DNA of 64,000 bases from an uncultured Gemmatimonadaceae bacterium (GTDB lineage: Bacteria > Gemmatimonadota > Gemmatimonadetes > Gemmatimonadales > GWC2-71-9), in NCBI GenBank assembly GCA_964465315.1, contig CAYXIK010000008.1, positions 21,735-85,734 on the forward strand, in the 5' to 3' direction. Every line of letters starts with the position of its first letter. The stretch's first letter is position 1. Both the position numbers and the translations under genes were made by a program. This document shows positions 58,315 to 64,000 of the stretch, piece by piece. The notes under the pieces were generated by a model that was given only the letters and a program-made list of their open reading frames with translations, did no database searches and was not told the DNA's origin.

Positions 58315-58932
58315 CTAGGGGACGGAGGGCGCGGGCGGCGGCTGGTTGGGATCCGCGCCCGCCAGATTCGGAAGCTCGAGCCACTGCCGCGGAAAGCGCG
58401 GTAGGAACTTCACGTGGCGGTTCACCACCGCCTGCACGCGTCGCCACCAGCATACGATCGGGCCGCGGGTGTGGCCCACGCTGACCACCGCGAAGGGAAT
58501 CGAGTCCGCCACCACGGTGCGCAGGTCGGGCTGGCTGAGCGAGCACAGGTCCTCCGGCGTCTTCACACCGAAGCTCGAGTCCGGTCCCGCCCAGACGTGG
58601 TTGTGCCAGACCGCTAGCGTCCCGGGCGCGCACGGCAGTGGCTCGACGTGATCCGCCGCGGAGCTCACCACGTCAGGCATCACGAACTCGCGCACCAGCG
58701 CCGTATCACCAGCTGTCGTCCCGTGGAGGCATAGCACCACTTCGCGATCGAGGCCCGCTGCGAGCAGGCTGATCCGGCGGAGCAGCGAGGGGGCGATAAC
58801 CAGGCGCTTGAGGGGTTGGGACGCGAGGATCGCCGAGTCGGCCGGGGTGAGGGCGGCCTGAGCCGCCGCGATGCTCGGCAGCAGCAGCGCTACGACCATC
58901 TGCCAGACCGAGACCCGAGGCGCGAGCGGCAT
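58315..58932 (-). CDS. Exported protein with a JAB/MPN+ (JAMM)-like motif
   Basis: Signal peptide; LVIAPSLLRRI...REVVLCLHG; LAVWHNH; SLSQPD. Confidence 0.62.
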   Translation of the reverse strand: MPLAPRVSVWQMVVALLLPSIAAAQAALTPADSAILASQPLKRLVIAPSLLRRISLLAAGLDREVVLCLHGTTAGDTALVREFVMPDVVSSAADHVEPLPCAPGTLAVWHNHVWAGPDSSFGVKTPEDLCSLSQPDLRTVVADSIPFAVVSVGHTRGPIVCWWRRVQAVVNRHVKFLPRFPRQWLELPNLAGADPNQPPPAPSVP

Positions 58933-59117
58933 ATCGTAGGATAGCGAACTCCGAGCGGTGCCGCGCTCTTGCACTTTGCCACATCAATCCCAATACTTAC
59001 GCCCGGCGCCCGCGGTCACGAGATCCCGAGTACGAATCAATAAGTCGTTGCTAATATTACCCTTATGAAGCTGGGCCTGCCCGCTTCCCGGCGGGGCCCG
59101 CTTGCAAGGAGAGCGGT

Positions 59118-60779
59118 GTGAGCTGGCTCGGGGGCGGCTCGCGGGGATCGGCGATCCCAACTCCACAGAGTCTGTTGCGGTCGGTGTACGCCGGGCGGCT
59201 GTGTGTGGCCACCGCGATCTACCTGGCTGCGACGTTCAAGTTCTCGGTCGTGGCGCCCCTCGACCTGCTCGTCACGTCGTTCCTGCTCGTGACCGCGGTG
59301 CTCGTCACGATCGCCTCCTACTGGCACACGCACATTCGGAATCGCTCTCCCGGCCGGACGTTCCTGTACGGGCAAGCGCTGTTCGACGTCGCGCTCATTA
59401 CTGCCGTCGTGCACATCACCGGCGGTCCGCAGAGCGACCTGACTCCGCTGTACGTCCCCCTCATCGCCGTCACTGCCGTGCTGATGCCGCCGGCAAGCAC
59501 GGGGCTCATCACGGCGCTCGTCGGGCTGGTCTACTTCGCCGACGTGCTCTTTGGGCACCGGACGCCAATGACGGCGCAGATCGCGCTCCAGCTGCTCGTG
59601 TTCGTGGCGGTGGCGGCGGTGACGGCGTACTTCGCGAGCCGCGTCTCCGTGATGGGGGCGGAGCGGGAGGCGCTGGCGGGCGAGCTCCGGCAGGCGCGGC
59701 TCGAGGCCTCCGACGTGCTGCGCAACATCCCGACGGGCGTCGTCACGGTGGACCAGAGCGGCCACCTCTTGTACTGCAACCCCGCCGCGGAGCAGATCCT
59801 CGGCTTCAAGGAGCGTGGCTGGCGAGGCCGACCTATCATGCCGGAGTTCGCGCGGATCGCGCCCGAGTTCTGGGCCGCCATCACGGCGACCGCCAGGCGA
59901 GGCGTGCGGGCGATGCGGGTCGAAGCGACGGTACGCCGCCCGGATCGGACGTTCACGATCGGCGTCACCACGACCACGCTCGAGGTCGAGCCGGATGGCG
60001 AGCCGAGAGTGACGGCGATCTTCACCGACATCTCGGACTCGAAGCGGCTCGAAGAGCTGCACTTGCGCGCCGAGCGGCTCGAGGCGGTGGCCGAGCTCTC
60101 GTCGAGCCTGGCCCACGAAATCAAGAACCCGCTCGCCTCCATCCGCTCGTCGGTGGAGCAGTTGGGGCGCGCCAAACGGGTCAACGCCGACGAGAAGTTC
60201 CTCACGTCGCTCATCGTGCGCGAGAGCGATCGCCTGTCGCGGCTGTTGTCGGAGTTTCTCGACTTCTCACGCGTGCGCGCCACCGAGTGCCGGCCGCTCG
60301 ACCTGCGGGACGTGGCCGCCGCCGCTATCCGCTTGGTGCGCGAGCATCCCGACTGCCCGGACGACGCGGTCATCGATCTCCGGGGGGACGCCGCGCCCAT
60401 GGAAGGAGACGAGGACCTGCTCCATCGCGTCGTCTCGAACCTCGTGCTCAACGCCGTCCAGGCCACGGGGAAGGGGGCGCGCGTCGAAGTCACGGTCGGT
60501 CGGCCCGCGTCCCAGGAGCTGCCCGGCGGCGCCGGGATCGAAAACCCTGTGTCGCTCGCGGTGAGCGACAACGGGCCGGGCATTCCCGAGGGCCTGCGGG
60601 CGCGCCTGTTCGAGCCGTTCGTGACGGGGCGGGTCGGCGGCACCGGGCTCGGCCTCGCGATCGTGCAGCGCGCGGTGGACGCGCACCGCGGGTTGGTCCT
60701 CGTCGATTCCACTCCGGGGAAGGGAACGACCTTCACCGTGTACCTCCCAGCCGCCCGAAGGAAAGAGGAAGCCGCATGA
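59118..60779 (+). CDS. pilS: PilS-like membrane sensor histidine kinase with PAS domain
   Basis: About 6 TMs, PAS (NIPTGVVTVD...CNPAAEQILG), LAHEIKNPL, GTGLGL. Confidence 0.8.
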   Translation: MSWLGGGSRGSAIPTPQSLLRSVYAGRLCVATAIYLAATFKFSVVAPLDLLVTSFLLVTAVLVTIASYWHTHIRNRSPGRTFLYGQALFDVALITAVVHITGGPQSDLTPLYVPLIAVTAVLMPPASTGLITALVGLVYFADVLFGHRTPMTAQIALQLLVFVAVAAVTAYFASRVSVMGAEREALAGELRQARLEASDVLRNIPTGVVTVDQSGHLLYCNPAAEQILGFKERGWRGRPIMPEFARIAPEFWAAITATARRGVRAMRVEATVRRPDRTFTIGVTTTTLEVEPDGEPRVTAIFTDISDSKRLEELHLRAERLEAVAELSSSLAHEIKNPLASIRSSVEQLGRAKRVNADEKFLTSLIVRESDRLSRLLSEFLDFSRVRATECRPLDLRDVAAAAIRLVREHPDCPDDAVIDLRGDAAPMEGDEDLLHRVVSNLVLNAVQATGKGARVEVTVGRPASQELPGGAGIENPVSLAVSDNGPGIPEGLRARLFEPFVTGRVGGTGLGLAIVQRAVDAHRGLVLVDSTPGKGTTFTVYLPAARRKEEAA

Positions 60780-62149
60780 GCCAGCAGCCTTCGATTCTGG
60801 TCGTCGACGACGAGATGGGGATCCTCGACGTGCTGCGGATCCTCCTCAAGGGCGAAGGATTCGAAGTCACCACCGCGCAGGGGGGGAAAGCCGGGCTCGA
60901 GGCCTTGAAGGGCAGCCCGCCCGACATCGTCCTCACCGACATCAAGATGCCGGGCGTGTCGGGGACGGAGATCCTCGCGGCCGTCCGCGAGCAGGATCCC
61001 GAGACGCCGGTGATCCTCATGACTGCTCAAGCCTCGCTCCAAAGCGCGATTCAGGCGGTGAACCAGGGTGCCTTCTACTACATCCAGAAGCCGTTCTCGA
61101 ACGACGACCTGGTGGCCATCTGCCGCCGCGCCGCCGAGCAGCGACTGCTGAAGGCCGAGAACAAGCAGTTGAAACAGGAGATCCGCCGCCGCGAGCGCTC
61201 CGGTCTCGTCAAGCCTCTGGGGAAGTCGCGGACGTTCCTCGAAGTCCTGAAGCTCGCCGAGCAGGTGGCCCCGACCGAGAGCACGGTGCTCATCCAGGGA
61301 GAATCGGGCACCGGGAAGGAGGTGATCGCGCGCTACATCCACGAGCTCTCGGCGCGATCGGACGGCGGGTTCTTCTCGCTCAACTGCGGCGCGCTGCCGG
61401 AGAGCCTGCTCGAGTCGGAGCTGTTCGGGCACGTCAAGGGATCGTTCACCGGCGCGGTGCGCGACAAGCAGGGCCTGTTCGCTGCCGCGCGGGGCGGCAC
61501 GTTCTTCCTCGATGAGATCGGCGAGATGTCGGCCGCGACGCAAGTGAAGCTGCTGCGCGTCCTGCAGGAGCGCGAAGCGATCCCCGTCGGCGGCACCGAG
61601 GCCATTCCGGTGGACGTCCGCGTCGTGGCCGCCACGAACCGGGATCTCGAGGACGACATCAAGCGCGGCCGCTTCCGGACCGATCTGTACTACCGGCTCA
61701 ACGTGATCGCCATCCATCTCCCCCCGTTGCGGGACCGGCGGGACGACATCCAGATCCTCTGGGAGGAGTTCCTCGGCCGCATCGCCAAGGAGCGCGGCGA
61801 GCCGCCCAAGACCCTCACCGAAGGGGCGAAGGGCTCGCTCCTCGCCTACGACTGGCCCGGCAACGTCCGCGAGCTCGAAAACGCGCTCGAGCGCGCCGTG
61901 GTGCTCTCGAAGAGCACCAGCATCGATCTCTCGGCCCTGCCGGACAAGCTGACCGAGCCGCGCGCCGAGCCGCTCGTGGCCGAGCGGGCCCATCCCAACC
62001 CCACGCTCGACGTCATCGAGCGCGCCTACATCACGTGGGTGTTGCAGACCGAGGGCGGCAACAAGACCCGGGCGGCCGAAGTGCTCGGGATCGACCCTTC
62101 CACCCTGTATCGCAAGCTGAGCCGATACGAGGGCGATGCGACCGGCTGA
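60776..62149 (+). CDS. pilR: PilR-like sigma54-dependent response regulator (REC-AAA+-HTH)
   Basis: [41 protein letters not shown], Fis-type HTH. Confidence 0.85.
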   Translation: MSQQPSILVVDDEMGILDVLRILLKGEGFEVTTAQGGKAGLEALKGSPPDIVLTDIKMPGVSGTEILAAVREQDPETPVILMTAQASLQSAIQAVNQGAFYYIQKPFSNDDLVAICRRAAEQRLLKAENKQLKQEIRRRERSGLVKPLGKSRTFLEVLKLAEQVAPTESTVLIQGESGTGKEVIARYIHELSARSDGGFFSLNCGALPESLLESELFGHVKGSFTGAVRDKQGLFAAARGGTFFLDEIGEMSAATQVKLLRVLQEREAIPVGGTEAIPVDVRVVAATNRDLEDDIKRGRFRTDLYYRLNVIAIHLPPLRDRRDDIQILWEEFLGRIAKERGEPPKTLTEGAKGSLLAYDWPGNVRELENALERAVVLSKSTSIDLSALPDKLTEPRAEPLVAERAHPNPTLDVIERAYITWVLQTEGGNKTRAAEVLGIDPSTLYRKLSRYEGDATG

Positions 62150-62861
62150 CGCGGCCCCGCCCCCCGTCGATCAGGTCGGGGCCGCGACGCTCGAGCGCAT
62201 GGCCGCGGCCCCCCGGTACAACCGATGGATGTTCGAGCGCCTGCGCCCCTGGGTGGGGCGCCGCGTGCTCGAGGTCGGCGCCGGGATCGGCAACATGTCC
62301 GCGTTCCTCGTCGATCGGGAGCGGCTCGTGCTGGCCGACACGGAGCCACACTACCTGGCCCGGCTGCGCGAGCGCTTCGACGATCGGCCGAACGTGCGCG
62401 TGGTAGAGCTCCGCCTACCGGCGTTCGATCCCCAGCTCGTCGCGGAGCGGATGGACACCGTCATTTGCCTCAACGTGCTCGAGCACATCGAGGACGACCG
62501 CGCGTCGCTCTTCGCCATGCGCCAGCTGCTCGATCCCGGCGGGCGGCTCGTGCTCCTCGTGCCCGCCCTGCGGCCTCTGTACGGCACTCTGGACCAGGCG
62601 CTCGGTCACTTTCGCCGGTATGTCCCCACCGAGCTTAGGAGCATGGTCGAGGAGTCGGGTTTTCGCGTCCGTCATCTCGAGTACTTCAATCTGGCGGGCG
62701 TGCCCGGGTGGTGGCTCGCGAGCCGCGTCCTTCGACGGCGCCTCATTCCGACCGGGGCGCTCCGCTGGTACGAGGCGCTGGTGCCACTGTTTCGATTGGA
62801 GCGATGGCTGCCGCGGCGTGTGGGACAGTCGCTGATCGCGATCGGCCAGGTGCCCGCGTGA
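62136..62861 (+). CDS. Class I SAM-dependent methyltransferase
   Basis: VLEVGAGIG, NVLEHIEDD, LDPGGRL. Confidence 0.88.
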   Translation: MRPADAAPPPVDQVGAATLERMAAAPRYNRWMFERLRPWVGRRVLEVGAGIGNMSAFLVDRERLVLADTEPHYLARLRERFDDRPNVRVVELRLPAFDPQLVAERMDTVICLNVLEHIEDDRASLFAMRQLLDPGGRLVLLVPALRPLYGTLDQALGHFRRYVPTELRSMVEESGFRVRHLEYFNLAGVPGWWLASRVLRRRLIPTGALRWYEALVPLFRLERWLPRRVGQSLIAIGQVPA

Positions 62862-63592
62862 CGTCCCCATCGCTACGGCCCGCGGACGACCTTTTGCTCT
62901 CCGTAATCATCCCGGCGTACAACGAGGCGGGGACCATTGAGGCGGTGCTGCGGCGCCTGCGGCAGGTGCCGCTTCGGCTCGAGGTGGTCGCGGTGGACGA
63001 CGCCTCGACCGACGGAACGGGCGCTCTCCTCGACCGGCTCGCGAGCGACGGGCTCGCGCAACTGGTCATCCACCACCGCGCGAACCGCGGGAAGGGCGCC
63101 GCGCTGCGCAGTGGCATTGCGGCGGCCACCGGGCACGTGATCGTCCCCCAGGACGCTGATCTCGAGTACGACCCCATGGACCTGCCCCGCTTGCTGGGAC
63201 CGATCGCGGAGGGTCGGGCCGATGCCGTGTACGGCTCTCGCTTTCAAGGCGGGCCGCATCGCGTGCTCTTTTTTTGGCACGCGGTCGGCAACAATCTGCT
63301 CACGCTCGTCTCCAACATGTTCACGAACCTGAACCTCACGGACATGGAGACGTGCTACAAGTTGGTCCGGGCGGACGTGATGAAGCGGCTCTCGCTGACG
63401 GCCGAGCGGTTCGGGATCGAAGTCGAGCTGACGGCACGGCTGGCGCAGGCGGGCGCGCGCATCTGGGAGCTGCCGATCTCCTACAGCGGCCGGACCTACG
63501 CCGAGGGAAAAAAGATCACGTGGCGGGACGGGCTGGCAGCGCTGTTTCACATCCTGCGCTATAACGTGTTGCCATCTCGGCGCAAGGCGTGA
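62858..63592 (+). CDS. GT2 glycosyltransferase, DPM1-like (polyprenol-phosphate sugar synthase type)
   Basis: IIPAYNE, VDDASTD, NRGKGAA, QDADLEYDP, YGSRF, DMETCYK, FGIEVELT. Confidence 0.9.
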   Translation: MTSPSLRPADDLLLSVIIPAYNEAGTIEAVLRRLRQVPLRLEVVAVDDASTDGTGALLDRLASDGLAQLVIHHRANRGKGAALRSGIAAATGHVIVPQDADLEYDPMDLPRLLGPIAEGRADAVYGSRFQGGPHRVLFFWHAVGNNLLTLVSNMFTNLNLTDMETCYKLVRADVMKRLSLTAERFGIEVELTARLAQAGARIWELPISYSGRTYAEGKKITWRDGLAALFHILRYNVLPSRRKA

Positions 63593-64000
63593 GCGCCAGG
63601 CGCCTCTACGCCGCGGTGGCCGCCGGCGCCCTGGTCTTCTACTTCGGAGCGCTGGGGAATCGCTTCGCGCTCGACGACAACCACATCATCGCGTTCAACG
63701 CCCTGGTGCATCACATCGGTGGCATGTGGCGCACGTTCGCGGCGCCCTACTGGCCGCCCGAGGTAGGCGGCGGGCTCTACCGACCCTTACCGATCGCGTC
63801 CTACACCCTCGACTGGTCGCTCAGCGGCGGCGCGCCTTGGTGGTTCCATCTCGTGAATCTTGCCTGGCACGCCGGCGCGAGCGTCGCTGTGGCGTTCTTG
63901 GCGAGGCACTTGAGTGGCGACCGCGCCGCGTGGACCGCCGGCCTGCTCTTCGCGGTCCATCCGGTCCACGTCGAAGCCGTCGCCAACATCGTCGGACGGG
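63589..64000 (+). CDS. TMTC-like GT-C glycosyltransferase, partial (runs off window; not in ORF track)
   Basis: Manual translation from GTG 63589: MSARRLYAAVAAGALVFYFGALGNRFALDDNHII...LYRPLPIASY...FHLVNLAWH...LLFAVHPVHVEAVANIVGR; contains the DD, YRP, H.VN...H and F.VHP.H.EAV motifs. Confidence 0.82.
   Translation, partial: MSARRLYAAVAAGALVFYFGALGNRFALDDNHIIAFNALVHHIGGMWRTFAAPYWPPEVGGGLYRPLPIASYTLDWSLSGGAPWWFHLVNLAWHAGASVAVAFLARHLSGDRAAWTAGLLFAVHPVHVEAVANIVGR

Noticed and set aside
58940-59118. Sigma54 (-24/-12) promoter near pilS, suggested by several TTGC and TGGCA words
   Set aside because: None of the candidates checked has GG-N10-GC spacing

Overview
High-GC (about 70% by eye) bacterial chromosomal segment. 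Its gene content and protein style suggest Gemmatimonadota (inference, not verified). About 70 genes were called; most long ORFs in the supplied track are antisense or shadow artefacts. Housekeeping blocks: nagB (partial), pruA, argJ, kup, acs, ccmABCD, hemD-hemC-hemB, ctaA, lptFG, comEA-pilB-pilT-pilC, pilS-pilR, DsbA-VKOR, a TonB-dependent receptor and several peptidases. Four real CDSs are missing from the ORF track: partial nagB, DUF5679, ccmD and a partial TMTC-like gene. No rRNA, tRNA, CRISPR, integrase or IS element was seen. Best candidates for new biology: (1) exported proteins are enriched in Asp-Ser/Thr dipeptides resembling the Bacteroidota O-glycosylation sequon, and a GT2 plus TMTC-like (GT-C) glycosyltransferase pair follows pilSR; (2) a SigR/RsrA-like redox ECF pair heads an operon of DUF92, FAD reductase, flavin reductase, methyltransferase, SRPBCC cyclase and a ketosynthase; (3) an AdoMetDC-fold protein lacks the pyruvoyl-forming Ser; (4) an exported JAB/MPN+ protein; (5) an ECF sigma whose anti-sigma carries an extracytoplasmic CBM48 domain. 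Also present are an internally deleted R2lox pseudogene and short tandem/inverted repeat elements, some inside coding loops. All product calls come from motif recognition by eye, and all counts are hand counts.
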